Assembly: GCA_013265495.1 (NCBI GenBank)
Contig: MU063499.1
Location: 248,001-312,000 of the forward strand
Length of the DNA: 64,000 bases
Source of the DNA: Vicugna vicugna
Taxonomy: Eukaryota
Reading direction: 5' to 3'
Positions within the stretch are counted from its first letter, which is position 1, and every line of letters starts with the position of its first letter. Position numbers and translations under genes: made by a program. Shown here in pieces: positions 1-12,164 of this stretch. The notes beneath the pieces were generated by a model. That model was given only the letters and a program-made list of their open reading frames with translations, was not told where the DNA came from and ran no database searches.

Positions 1-983
1 CCTCTGCAGGAGGTAGCCTCTGCTGCCCCAGCACTTGGACGGCAGGCGCTGCAGCAGTCAGCAGCCTTCCCCAGGGACCACAGGCCAGGTGCCTCTGCCT
101 CTTGTTCTTTCCTTCCTGACCTCAGATTCTGCTGGACTTCACAAAGTCTGACATGTCAGGAGCTCCAAACGCTCTTGGTCTCCAGGTCCACTGGCCCCAG
201 AGCCACCAATCATGCTCTTCCTATCACTCTTTTTCATCCAGCAAGCTGCCGTGACCTAAGCTGGGGAGGTATCAACCCTGCTCCCGTCTCTTGCCCGCCA
301 CGCCCAGACCTCCGTGAAGTTTCCATCTGCAAAACCATCCTGAGTTCATCTGCTTCCCTCCCCTGCTCCTGCCATCTTCCACCAGGTGCCTGCCCAACCC
401 TTCCCGGGGTCTGCCTGTTTCCACTCTGGCAGGAGAGCAAGCCTCAAAACACCCATAGGCCATGACACTGCTCTTCCCCTGTGCTCAGGGCACCCCCAAC
501 CCTGACTAAACCCCATTGTGCTTTAGGCCTCTGTTCAAATGACACATGCTTCAAAAGCACCTCCTTAACCTCCAACTCCGAGTCCCCCATTAAAATCCCC
601 CTACCACTCTGTGTCTTCCTTTCAAGGTCCTTCCCATCAGTCACCCAGTGTCCGGTTTCCCATTGGCAAGGCAAAGAAGAACAAGCCTGGGGGCTTGAAT
701 TTCCCACCAGCCTGCAAACTGGGTCTCCTAGGATTGGGTGGGGCTGAGAAAGGCCTGAGGCCTGTACTCAAGAGAGGAGCAGCATCCCGGTGTGGTCAGT
801 CCCAGGGGTGGTGGCAGAGCAGAATCGTAACCCACCTCAGAGAGCACAAAAGAGGTCACTCCCCTCAAGTTCAGAGTGGGAACAGGGCCCCCAGAGTGGA
901 AGATCCCCTATGGTCAGAACCAGAAGACAAGGCTGGAGCCTACCCACCCATTACCACAGGGCTTCCATGAACCCATTGCTCAC

Positions 984-3900
984 CTCCAGCTGCCGCTAGC
1001 ACCATTCGAGGGGCCTTGTAATGCCGGTCCAGGTACTCAGTCAGGTCTGCCCGAGAGAGCTTCCTGCAAGACATACAGCCAATGGGTTACCACAGCTCCC
1101 AAACCAGAGTGACGTGGGTCATATAAAATGGGGCTGAGGAGATAGACAAGGAGAGAGATGGCTTCCCTGGAGAGCAAGCCCTAGCACACCACTCAATCCC
1201 TCCCCCATTCCTGCCACCTGCCACTCTGGGGCCCAGAGGACAGCCCTCATCTGGCCTCCCTCACATCTGACCACAGGACAGTCTCCTCTCAGGAGGGTGT
1301 AAGCTGACATGGTGAGGGCTTATCCCATCAGAGGACAAGAAGCCATGTGGATAAGATACCCAGACACACCCTCCCTCAGGCTGGCAGAACAACAACAAAC
1401 TCATGTGGACATGGCCTGGCCAGGCCAGAATGAGGGCACGAACTCTACCCCAGGCCCAGCTCACTCTCACCTGACATTCTCACTGGGTCCCTCCACGGTC
1501 TGGGCCAGAGGTGTGCCCTGGAACGCCGTGGCATGCAGGTAGTCAAAGACCACATCCCGCATAGACGCATCATTCTCCTGCAGCTCCTGCAGGATCACGT
1601 CACGCTCCTTCTCAACCTGGGAGTCTTCCAGGCTGCAGTTCTGCACAACGTCGGCCAGGAGCTCCACAGCTGGACGTGAAAGAAAGACATGTCTGAGCAC
1701 CAGGCGGGCCACTGGAGACCAGTAACAGCACAAAACCCTCAGGACTGAACACCACTGGTTGCTGTGCTGCAAGTCCATACTCTAAGGGTAACCCCGTCCC
1801 TCAGCCAGCCCCGGGGCTCCAGAGTGCCTGTCCTCTGCACCCATGGAGACCTATCCCACCCCTGCCCCACCCTGCAGGCGTACCTTTTGGCAGGTCCTTG
1901 GACAGTGCCTTAATGTAGTAAGCTGTGTGCTCCCGGGTGCTGTACGCATTAAGATGGGCCCCCATGCTCTCCACCTCCTTCTCCAAGGCATTTCCAGGCC
2001 GATTCTTTGTTCCCTAGAACCAGACATCAACAGCACTCATCAGGAGCCATGTGAGAGCCCAGGACTCCCATCCTTCTCCCTCCTTCTCCATCCCACCAAG
2101 TGCTAAACAGGACTTGAGCTGATCGAGGCCCCAGCATTCTGGGTCAACAGAGTGGAGACATCCGGAAGCCAGGAAAGAAGCCCATGGCCAAACCAAGTGT
2201 TACCTGAAATCTAGAGCTCCCATAACAGCCTGATCTTACCAGCACTCCCTCTCCTCTTACCGACAGTCACGGTCAGGTAAGTTCACACTTCGTTCAGGTG
2301 ATGCTCCCACTACCACTCTCCCTCCCGCCATTCATATGACTATGTGAGTGCTAGCTGCCTCTGTGGGACTCAACCCTAGTCCTGTATGTGTGTATATGTG
2401 GCAGTGGTGCTGTCCAATGACACACACTCATATGCTGAGACCGACACACATCTGTGATGCTGGAGCTGGCAATGCCCATTCCTGTTCCACAACTCCAGCC
2501 ATTCTGTATCATCTTCTCCATTTATTCATTCATTTAGAAACTCAGTCTCTACTCCATGCCCACATAAGCTGGCTTAGCAGCTGTTCCCTTCCTCAAGAAA
2601 CCTCAGTATTTACATCTAAAAACAAAAGATGAAGAGCATTTCACACAAACTAAGTCTGTGTGTTTGTTATAAAGCACGTGTATATCCGCAATTCTACATG
2701 CATGCACGCACACACACAACATGGGCCTGGCCTCTGGTGAAGGGTAGGGCTCCTATGGCTCCCCAGGGTTTTATTTTTTTTTTTTGGCTCTGGGTGCCTT
2801 GTGCAGGGACTCACCAACTAGGCTTCACTCAGGAGAGGCCAAACCCATGTGGCTCCTTCCAGAAAAGCCAGTCAAAGATCACCCCACCCCCAACCCCAAT
2901 GAAGCCCATAATTGAGAAGGCTGACTTTTCTGACATGCATCTTCAGGAGGGACAGCAGGAAGCCCTAACCCCGGGGGAGATTCAGGCCTTTAGGAGCCTC
3001 ACCTTGAAAGCCAGATGCTCCACAAAGTAGCCTGCCCCGTTGTTCTTCTCAGTCTCATAACGGCTACCAGCGTCAATCCACACCCCGACCTGGACAAGAA
3101 ACCCCCAACAAAGATAACCAACCAACCAACCCAGCCCCCCACTTACAGCCCACCCTGTGGGTGACTCCACAAGCCCCAGGGTGGGGAAGAGTTTCTCAGC
3201 AGGACCCTTGTGCTTGGAGGCCAGGGCGTTAGCTGAATGACTAGTCACACTGCATCATCTCTCCTTCCTACTCTATTTCCTTACTGGTTATCAAGACTCC
3301 CAGGGAAAAGGGAAGTTTCTAACTGCACGGTTGCCTGTCCCATCACCACAGGGAATTCTTAAACACAATCTCAGTTTTCCATTGATCTTTGTTTTTCCTA
3401 GGCAAGCAACTAATCATTTGCAACAATTCCTTTTCTTCCTTCCTAAAAATTATACCCTGCCTTTGTTCTGGTGATTGTGTCCTTTTGCCATTAGAGAAGG
3501 AGGCTATTTGCTCAGACACTGAAAACTTTATCATGTTTAGGAAACAGCCTTCATTCACACTTAAAAATAAGAACAAAAAAACCTTCTTAATCAGCCTTAG
3601 ACACCTAACACTGCCAAGTGTTTCCCTGGCACCCAATGAGAGAATCTTATAATTTTCTTAATAGCCTGGTGTGCTATGAAACACACATCATGCTACTCAC
3701 CCCATATGGTAACACAGATCTAATCTTTTAACTACTATTTGTTCATAGTTGATTTAAAATTTTCCCATCTACTTTCCTAAGAGATGTTGATGTATATGCC
3801 ACACATCATAAATTCTTACACGAATGTCTACTTCATCTAACATACTGGAAAGCAAGATGCATTTTACACAATCCAAGACATCCTTTGATTATAACGGACA

Positions 3901-5087
3901 GCACTCCTCTGGCACTAAAGCACAGGGATATTTCTTACAATCTATAGCACCTTACTGTCCATGAAGTACAGTATTCTCTACCAAGCTTTCTTAACAGGCT
4001 GTGGGTCAGCTTATACAGGTGCCATAGAATAAGGAAGCTGCCTGTCACCTTTTGCTGTGTTCAGTGACAACTTATATCACAGGACATTATTTGTTCCTGG
4101 AAAACTTAAAAGAATTTGCGAGAAAAACCACTTAGCCCTGGAGTTTGGGGTGAGGAGACAGGGAAGGCTCACTTCTTGAGAATATTCTGTTTATCTAGTC
4201 AAGATTTCTACCTTTGAGTCAATTTTGAGGGTTTTATTTTTAGGAAAAACCAGCAATTCAACTGGAATATTCAAGTGCATTTCTTCTGCAATACAGTTCC
4301 GGTCTAGTCAAGATACTGACTTTGGCCGTGAGGCTGGCAGTCACTAATGTTTCTGAATCCCATTTCCTTCATTGAAGGATCACTTCTTTCACATGGGCTG
4401 CGTAAGAAAAAGCTGAAAAAAGAACTTGGCTTGCTGATTGGCAGGCATCACAGCTAAATGAGTGTTGGTTACAGCGAGGACTGCCCCCGATAAGTCAAAA
4501 CGTGGGCCGGGATTGTGGAGGAGGGTCAATACAGCAGTGACTGAGCAGGAGTCTGACCCAAACCACAGAGCACCTGGGCCCAAGGTCACACCCTGACCTG
4601 CGAAAAGTCGCCAGGCCCAATATGGAGGCGCCCTTCCGACCGCGGCCCCTACTCACCGTGCAGGTAGGCTGGGAGGACTGCTCGGACGCTACTCGCAGCC
4701 CGTTGTCCAGCTGGCTGACCTGCGTCTCTGGCACGTTCTGGAGGGCTTGGGCATAGGTGGCGGTGCCCCGCAAGGCAGGGGACCTCAGCAGGGCTTGCTG
4801 CTGGAAATAGGCGACCAGAATAGAACTGGGTTGGAGGGGGTCGCTCCTCAGCTCCCAGGCCCGCAGCGGCATCCCCGTCCCCGCCCTCAGCCATGACCTT
4901 CCCACGGCCCTGACCCCGCGACCTCCTCATTCTCGACCCGCCGCCGCTAAAAGCCCGCTCCCAGTCCGCGTCCCGAAGCCCCGCGACACATAGCTCTGCG
5001 CTCTTGTTGCCACCTCACCGAGCGGCGGGTATGCAGGAGCACTCGCGTCCCAACGCTGGCCGCCCGGCAAACCGCGGAAGCCGCCAT
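984..5087 (-). CDS. UQCRC1: Cytochrome b-c1 complex subunit 1 (core protein I), 5' part; exons 1-6 in window, remainder beyond position 1
   Basis: Exons (minus): 5019-5087, 4657-4797, 3003-3089, 1884-2013, 1471-1669, 984-1063. All GT-AG and phase-consistent. Translation [62 protein letters not shown]...[62 protein letters not shown]...; peptidase M16 fold with mitochondrial presequence. Confidence 0.98.
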
Positions 5088-5128
5088 CTTCTAGCTCCAG
5101 TGGGCGCAGGGCCGCCCTGCGCATGCGT
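5080..5128. promoter_or_regulatory. UQCRC1 core promoter motifs: YY1 site overlapping the ATG, and an NRF1 site
   Basis: GCCGCCATCTT at 5080-5090 (YY1 consensus); TGCGCATGCG at 5118-5127 (NRF1-like); inside a CpG island at about 4480-5480. Confidence 0.7.
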
Positions 5129-5989
5129 AGAGTAGACGCGACGGCGCCCAAGGCGCAGGGGCAGTACGGCGGACTTGGCGGTCAGCCGCCCCCTGGCGGA
5201 GGAGGCCGGGAATATTCACTCGCTGCTGGGCGCCGGTTCTGTCTTGACGGCTACGGGTACCCGCGCGCATCAACCCACTTGGCTATCCATCGTCCTGGGC
5301 GGGTCCGTCCTTGGTGCAGTCCCTCTTTCTCTTTCACCTGTGGGCAGCAAGAGTGCGCGATGTTTCTCACAAATCGCGGGCGCCCGGAATCCATTGAGTT
5401 TTCCGAGCGGCCGAGCTCGGGCTCAGCCACAGCACGTCTGGGGATCGCAACCCCTGGGCTAAAGCACCAGCGTGGAATCCTGGGACTATAAGACTGCTGC
5501 TGAAAGTCAAAGTTTTCTCAAAGGAATGAAGTAAATGCAGACTGCGACATGGGAAGAATTTAACAATATATTGCTTAGGAAAAAGCAACAGTTTTAGAGG
5601 CTAATTTGTGAAAAGGATTCCTTGTTTGGAAAACAAAACGCACACAAATCAAAACGACTTGCTTTTTCTAATGGTCTACATAGAAAAAAATCCGGAGGAA
5701 CTTTTAATATGAAATTCAAATTTTTACCAAAAAGTCTGTATTGCTTTTGAAGTAATAGCATACTTTTGAACTCTGCTTCCTTTTACAGGTATACATAATT
5801 TATTGCGCTATTTTTGTGATCATTCAAAATTATCATTCATAATTAAAATAGAACGTTTTTTTATAAAAATCAGACAAAAGATGCTTAAATGTGCATTGAT
5901 TAATATTTTGTGGCCTAAAATTATGTTATGATTGAGACATGAAAAATAAAGTGAAATAGAATCTAATTGGTTCATCTTTCCACTTTTTA

Positions 5990-6285
5990 AAAACTAGTTT
6001 TTAGAAATTTTATATTCACAGGAAAATTGAACAGATAGCACAGAATTTCCCATATATTCCCACCCACAAACGGGTATACAGAGTTTCTCCTATCTGTAAC
6101 ATCTTAACTTTTGATACATTTGTTACAATTAATGAACCAATTATTCATTATTAAAGTCCATAGTTTGTTTAGATTCCCTTAGTTTTAGTTTTTACCTAAT
6201 TTCCTTTTTGGTTCTAGGATTCGATCCAGGACACCACATGACATTTCGTTGTCATGTCTCCTTCAGCTCCTCTTGCCTGTAACAC
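5990..6285 (-). mobile_element. Old L1 (L1MB/MC-like) 3' fragment
   Basis: Characteristic old-L1 3' text: ...aaattgaacagatagcacagaatttcccatat...gatacatttgttacaattaatgaacca...caggacaccacatgacattt...gtcatgtctcctt. Confidence 0.6.
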
Positions 6286-6349
6286 ACCTCCTCTAGTGAC
6301 CAGCGCACTCTACACTCTCCATCTAGCAGAGCTCCCGCAAAGAGCTCTG

Positions 6350-6970
6350 CCTCCAATTCCTCTCCTCTCACTCTCTCTCCCAAACCCACTTCAGTCCAGC
6401 CCCGACTTCACTCTTGCAAAACCACACCTGTCAGAGTAATCCATGAGCTCCATGGTACTATAGTCAATGGTCAAAATGCTAAGTCTTGTTTAACATGTTT
6501 GGCCACTCTTTCCTCCTTAGAGCTTCATGCATTCTCCACCTCCAGGTTCCCATGCTCTCCTGTGCTTTCCTACCTCTCTGGACACTTTGTCTTAGCACCT
6601 CTGCTGGTTCCTCCTTACCTCCAAACTCCTACACAGTTGAGTTCCCAGGGCTCAGTCCTGGTGCTTCTTCCTTTCTTGATCAAAACTTGCCCTTTGGTCA
6701 TTTTGTCCAGTCTCATGGCTTCAGTGCTGTCTGTACATACAGTGGCCCCCATTTTCCCATCATTTACTCACCATCTCTCCTGGAGGGCCAACAGACATCT
6801 CAATTAAGCATGCTAAAGCTGAAGGCTTTCTCCCAAGCCTGTTCCTCCCATAATTGTCTTCATCTCAGTAAATGGCACCTCCATGAACCCAGCTGCTCAT
6901 CCTTGACTCCACTCTCTCAAAATCCACACCCAATTTTTTTTTAACAAATCCAATAATTTCTAAATCCAGT
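6350..6970 (+). mobile_element. L2 LINE fragment
   Basis: Pyrimidine-rich L2-like text: ...ttgcaaaaccacacc...gtcaatggtca...ccagtctcatggcttc...cagacatctcaa...ctcagtaaatggcacc. Confidence 0.55.
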
Positions 6971-7394
6971 TACCTAACCCCCTTCCCCACCCCTACAGCT
7001 CCCCTGGGCTGAGAAGGGAAGGACAATGAGACAACCAGGAAGTGTCATGTGCTAGACGCCCACGGAAGGACATGTTTCAAGAAGTTGGTCAAAAAGGAAA
7101 TGTTACTAAAAGGTCACATACAAGCAGTGGTCCTTGCCACGATTTGGCAAGAGTCTTCAGTGACTCACTGATTTTCTGGACTTTACTTGGCATATGGAGT
7201 GAGGTAAGATCAAAATATCCCCTTCCCCCCTAAATTACGAACTGAACTTTGTAACAGCAATTCTTGACGAGACCTTCTTTCTCTCCTCATGTCTGAGACT
7301 CCATTAATTACCCACAGAGATTCTCAAAACTGTAAAACCCAGTTCATGCGGGCTGCCTGAGAGGGCTGTGGCAGGCCCCCACTTTCTCACTCAA

Positions 7395-8470
7395 TATTTA
7401 TTTGACATACACACCAGTGCATTCTTCTAGGTTTATTTCTGGCTCTCTATTCTATTCCGTTAGTCTGTGTGTCTATTCTTATGCCAGTACCACACTGTTT
7501 TGATTACAGTATCTTTGTACTACATTTTGGAAATCAGAAAGCATGAGTCCTTCAACTTTGTTCTTCTTTTTCAAGATTCTCTTGGCTATTCAGGGTCCCT
7601 CGAGATTCCATATAAATTTTTGAATGGGTTTTTCTATTTCTCTAACAAGAACCATTGAGAATTTCATAGGGATTACACTGAATCTATAGACCACTGGGTA
7701 GTACTGCTGCGTCCAGCGCAGCTTGGGACCGTGTCTGAGGGCGGGCAACACAAGACTTGAGAAAGAAAGAGACAAAGTAAAGAGCAAAGATGGGAACAGG
7801 GGACTCAAGATCTTGTGGATCTAGAGTGCTGAAAGCCTGGTCACAATCATATTTATTAGGAGTATACAGCTCAGGAAAAAAAATGCAATCAAAGAGGTGA
7901 GGCTTTAGATATCCCATGCGAGAAGCACAAAGTTCTGCTTGCTGATTAACTGATTAATTTCAGGCCTATCCCTTTCAGGAACAATCACCCTCCTCGGGGT
8001 ATGCAAAATTTCTAAGTCTATCCTGTTATTGCCTCCGGGGCATCTCGAGATAGCAAATATTTCCCCTGGGTTAAACCACTTGCTTTCATGCCAGAACAGA
8101 GCTCTGTTAATGGATGATCTGGCTTTCGAGGACCATTTGTTTTACCCTAAGGAAATATCTGCCCTCCTTCGTGCCTTTATGGTCAGTCTCAGGATTGCCC
8201 CTTACAAATTTTCTTTAGCATAATACGTGTTATAGGTCATCTACTACGGAAAACACTAAAACAAAGCAAGCATGTGCATTTTAAGCAAGCAAGTGTGAAT
8301 ACAATGTTTTAAGCTCATGGAAATCTATATGTGGCTTGTTTTCTAGCTGCTTGTTGTCCAGTGGCTTGTTTCCCAGCATAGTACTGTCATTTTAACAATA
8401 TTAAGTACTCCAGTCCATGAACATGGAGTATCTTTCCATTTATTTATGTCTAATTTCTTTCAGCAAAGTA
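7395..8470 (-). mobile_element. L1 ORF2 fragment (7395-7704 and 8385-8470) split by an LTR insertion
   Basis: Antisense L1 ORF2 text ctctattctattcc...atgccagtaccacactgttttgattac...ttggctattcagggtcc resumes after the insertion with ttttaacaatatta...ccatgaacatgga. Confidence 0.75.
7705..8378 (-). mobile_element. Solo LTR, 674 bp, probably ERV2/ERVK class
   Basis: TG...CA termini; perfect 6-bp target-site duplication TAGTAC at 7699-7704 and 8379-8384; minus-strand AATAAA at 7852-57; 3' end GCTGGACGCAGCA resembles ERV2 LTR ends. Confidence 0.8.
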
Positions 8471-8487
8471 TTAATACCGACATCCAT

Positions 8488-9015
8488 AGTAGTTTTCTAT
8501 TGCTGCCATAACAATCACCAGAGTTAAAGGCTTAGAACAAAACAAATTTATTATCTCATAGTTCTGCAGGCCCAAAGTCCAACATCAATATCACTGGGCT
8601 GAAATCAAGCTATCAGCAGGGCTGTGTTTCTTTTTGGAGGCTCTAGAGAGATTGTGTATTCAGTCATTCAGGTTGTTGGCAGCCTTTAGATTCTAGTAGT
8701 TGAAGGAGCAAGGTTTGTTTTCTTGCTAGCTATCACCTAAGGGTCATTCCCAGCTTCTACAGATCACCTGAATTCCTTGGATCTCTGGATGGTGGGAGAT
8801 CTCTTCCACCATCTCTAAAGACAGCAGCAGAAAACTAGTATTTTTCACACTTTGGATCTGTCCAACTTTTCTACCTTTAAGGGCTCATGCGGTTATACTG
8901 GGCCCACCAAAATAATCCAGAATAATCTTCCTATTTAAATGTCTTTAACCTTAATTCCATTCGCAAAGTTCTTTTTTGCCATGTGCTATAAGATATCCAC
9001 ACGTTTCATGGGCAT
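8488..9015. mobile_element. MLT1-type MaLR LTR
   Basis: ttttctattgctgccataaca...ggcttagaacaaaacaaatttattatctcatagttctgcaggcccaaagtcc...gggcccaccaaaataatccagaataatct. Confidence 0.7.
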
Positions 9016-9033
9016 CTTTTTTTGTTTCCTTGA

Positions 9034-9150
9034 AGGGGGGGATAATTAGATTTTTTATCATTTTATTTTTTTGATGGAGGTACTGGGGATTAAACCCAGG
9101 ACCTCATGCATGCTAAACTTGCATTCTACCACTGAACTGTCTCCTTCCCC
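9034..9150 (-). mobile_element. tRNA-derived SINE (camelid Vic-1-like)
   Basis: Reverse complement of gggg..tagctcagtggtagag..catgcatgaggtcctgggtt..ccccagtacctcc, plus A-rich tail. Confidence 0.8.
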
Positions 9151-9199
9151 GCTCCATGGACATCTTGAGGGGTCATTATTCTACCTACCACCACCTCCC

Positions 9200-9610
9200 T
9201 GGGAGGCACCAACTCCTGCCCCTCTGGAGGCTGCTCCCTCCTGCTCTCCATACCTCTTTCTTCCACCTGAAATCCTGACCACCATATACTTTCTGGAATA
9301 GGTCAAGTTCTCTTGCTTCACCAGGCCCCTGTATGTGCTTATCTTTCTGACTGGAGCACCCTCCCTTCCTATCACCCCACTCATCCTTCAGGTTCCAGCC
9401 GTCAGCTCACACCTGCCCCACCCCAACCTGTCAGCATGCCTCTCTGCAGAGTAATTGCCTTTTTGAGCCTGTTTCACTGCTGCCACCACCCTTCCCTAAT
9501 TGTGAGTGGGTGAAGGGGGAGCCAGTTCTGTTCTGTACATCAGCAGATCCTGCCATCCACAATAGGGCTAGCAAACAGTAAGTGCTTATTAAACTTTGTA
9601 GAATATAGAA
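9200..9610 (+). mobile_element. L2 3' fragment
   Basis: L2-like text ending ...gggctagcaaacagtaagtgcttattaaactttgtagaat. Confidence 0.45.
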
Positions 9611-10284
9611 GTGCATCTAACAAGAGGCTGATGAAGCTCAGCTTTCAACACCCTTCATTTCCAGGCCTTGCGAGGAGCTCTAGTCGGGTGTCCATGGGCT
9701 CAAGTATTTTTGGAAAACTTGCAAGGTTATGATCATCTAACTCCATCTACTTAGGATCTCTGTCCTTTTCCAGTCAGACTCCCATGCAGTCCACTTCCTC
9801 TCATATGGGGGACACCAGGAGGCTATAATTTTGGGGGTCCAAGAGGTGGATTGGGAGGATGGTGGATTGTCCCAGCTTGGATTCTCTGGGAAGCAGACTC
9901 CAAGAGGGAGATGAGGCTGTTTACCAAGATGGTTCTTAAGATTGACATCTGAAGGAGAGAGAAGACTGGCTATGCTCTCAGTGGCTGGCAACAGCAGGCC
10001 TTCCTTCAAGGGGAACCCAGGTGGCACATCTCTCAGTCTATCATAGGGACATACTTGGTTTGGGTTTAGAGGGACATGTTTATGTGGTTTGCTTCACTCC
10101 TATATACAGCCAACTTATTATTCCTGTCCTGGCGCAGGAATGGCCTCCAGGAACCTCCTGCTGGATTAGAGCTCCTGGTCAAAACATAAGTGCAAGGTCC
10201 TGCTGCATTTAGACCCTGCCCTCACCATACTCAATGCTAGAAAAATCATGAGCTATGGAGGGAGAACAAGGTTTGAAATGTGTG

Positions 10285-10765
10285 GAGCCAGAAGCTCATT
10301 TGTGGAAAATTCTTCCAAATCATACAGCTCTTATAGGACAGAGAGTTGATGACAGTTTCCCAAAACTGAAAACAAGCCAGACCTTTTATGTGACACCATG
10401 AAATTAGTTTTCTAAACTATCAATAATTAAATCACAAATTTCAATCAACCAGGATAGAAGAAAGACTGAAGTATCTTTCTATTCTCCGTATAGAAAATGT
10501 TTCTCCCCAAATTGTGAAATCCTTATCCTATGTCGAGGCCATCGGGGAGAGAACAGCCAGAAAACACGGAGGAGAAATATTACAGAAATGTATCAGGAAG
10601 TCACCACAAAAATGTTATTGTTCTGGATTTTGTGTTGTAGTATTTGTCAACTTTTAAAAATGTGTACGTGGTCATGATTTTTCTGATTTTAATTATCTCT
10701 GTTTTTGAATTCGTAATGTTGTATTCTTTTTCTAAAACAGAAACCCTCCAGATGCATAGGCCTCA
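10285..10765 (+). mobile_element. hAT-Tip100 (Zaphod-like) DNA transposon remnant
   Basis: Decayed hAT C-terminal dimerisation coding: ttttctaaactatcaataattaaatcacaaatttcaatcaaccaggatagaagaaagactgaagtatctttctattctc (approximately FSKLSIIK..FQST..EERL.YLSIL). Confidence 0.6.
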
Positions 10766-11356
10766 GTACCTGCTCAACCGGGACTACCTATGGTAGAAGG
10801 AAGAGAGGAAGGGGGTGAGGGCCCCTTTGGGGAGGTTCAGCCCTCACCCCGCTTCCAGGGGCCTTAGAGCAAGGGCCATTTGAGTGACAAAGCATGTTGA
10901 GATGTCACAAAGTTGATGGCAGCCAGGGCCCACCCTCTACCCCCCAGTCCCAGCTTGGACCCACCATCCTCAACCAGGAGCCCTAGCTGACTCAGCCAGG
11001 TGGTCACCGCCTCCGGGCTGCCCTCTGTGAACCACTCAAGTCTGCCCTGATGGCCAAGTCTTCTCCCACCACACTGGGGGCCCCTGAGGAGCCCCAGAGG
11101 AGCAGCTGTATTTGTGAGTGGGATCCTTAGAGAAGAGGGGTCACTTGATGGGGGCCGTGGAGCACTGTGAGCCAGCCGCGGCCCTGCCCGCCCAGCCGTC
11201 CTGGGCACTGAGGCTCTAAAAGTAGGAAAATGGCACTGGGGCCAGACAGGCCTGGAGAGAACAAGACACATGGGCCTGAGACTGGCCCAGAGCCTCAGGC
11301 CATCCCCTCCCCAACAGGCCACCAGGCAAAGAGAGGCAGATGTTGGCTCACTCGCT

Positions 11357-12164
11357 CTAGGTGGGAGTCCCCTTTATTTGGGTTCGCTGCTTGGTGGCTA
11401 GATGCTGCAGGTGGCCCTCGATGTGGACCAGGAGGGCATCCAGCATATGCAGGACCCCAAGGAGCAGGGCGCGGTCTGAGACAGGGCCCCGTCGTTTCCA
11501 GGGCACACAGGTGTCAGCAGTCACCTGTGGGTGCTGAGGATAGGACCAAGAGGCAGGAGTGAGAACAGAGGAATAGGACAGAAGTGTGGTGGGAAGGGGG
11601 ACTTAGGGTGACGGAGGATCACAGAGGGTCTGTTGTGGGCGAGTGTGGTCATAGGGGCCCATGGAGGCTAGATGAGGAGTAGGGGAATTAAAGGGGGAGG
11701 ATAGGGGCAGGGTACCATCCATGGGGAGAGGTCAGAGATTGTTGGTTGAGGACAATGTAGGGACCCTGGGGTGTGAGCGATGGGGGGAGGGCAGCAGGAG
11801 GCCCACAAGATGTGAGTGGGAGGATGGGTGGAGGTAGAAGGCTGTCGGGGCAGAGCAGTGCCAGGCTTACCTCACTCTTAGTAGCCTGTGAGCGCCGCCA
11901 CTGCATCACCACACGGCTGAGCATCAGCATCATGGCAGTGGTGACCGTGACCCCTGCCACAGGGTAGATGCGGTTCACCCCCAGGCCCATCCAATAGCCG
12001 GGACAGCCCAGGCTGCCCTCACAACCTTCCAGGCTATTTGGCTGGCACCCCCAGGGCTGTAAGTCCAGCCCCACCTGGTACCACAGGGGCCGTGACCAGG
12101 CATGGGTGTGGACAGGCATCACTAGCAGAAGCAGCCACAGCAGGAAAGACTGTGCCTGCACCAT
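11357..12164 (-). CDS. TMEM89: Transmembrane protein 89, 156 aa
   Basis: Exons 11871-12164 and 11357-11533 (GTAAG donor, CAG acceptor, phase 0). Perfect Kozak GCCGCCGCCATGG. MVQAQSFLLWLLLLVMPVHTHAWSRPLWYQVGLDLQPWGCQP...RIYPVAGVTVTTAMMLML...HPQVTAD...LHMLDALLVHIEGHLQHLATKQRTQIKGTPT*. Confidence 0.95.
11373..11378 (-). terminator. TMEM89 poly(A) signal AATAAA, located inside the CDS
   Basis: Minus strand CAA ATA AAG (Q-I-K codons); U-rich tract about 30-45 nt downstream. Confidence 0.6.

Noticed and set aside
175-983. Searched for UQCRC1 exon 7; several short ORFs present
   Set aside because: No exon 7-like sequence found; this is intron 6 continuing off the window, and the ORFs are random.
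2195-2265. Three donor-like motifs and an AG|GT junction in UQCRC1 intron 3 (possible recursive splice site)
   Set aside because: The intron is only about 1 kb, the polypyrimidine tract is poor, and no matching exon could be defined.
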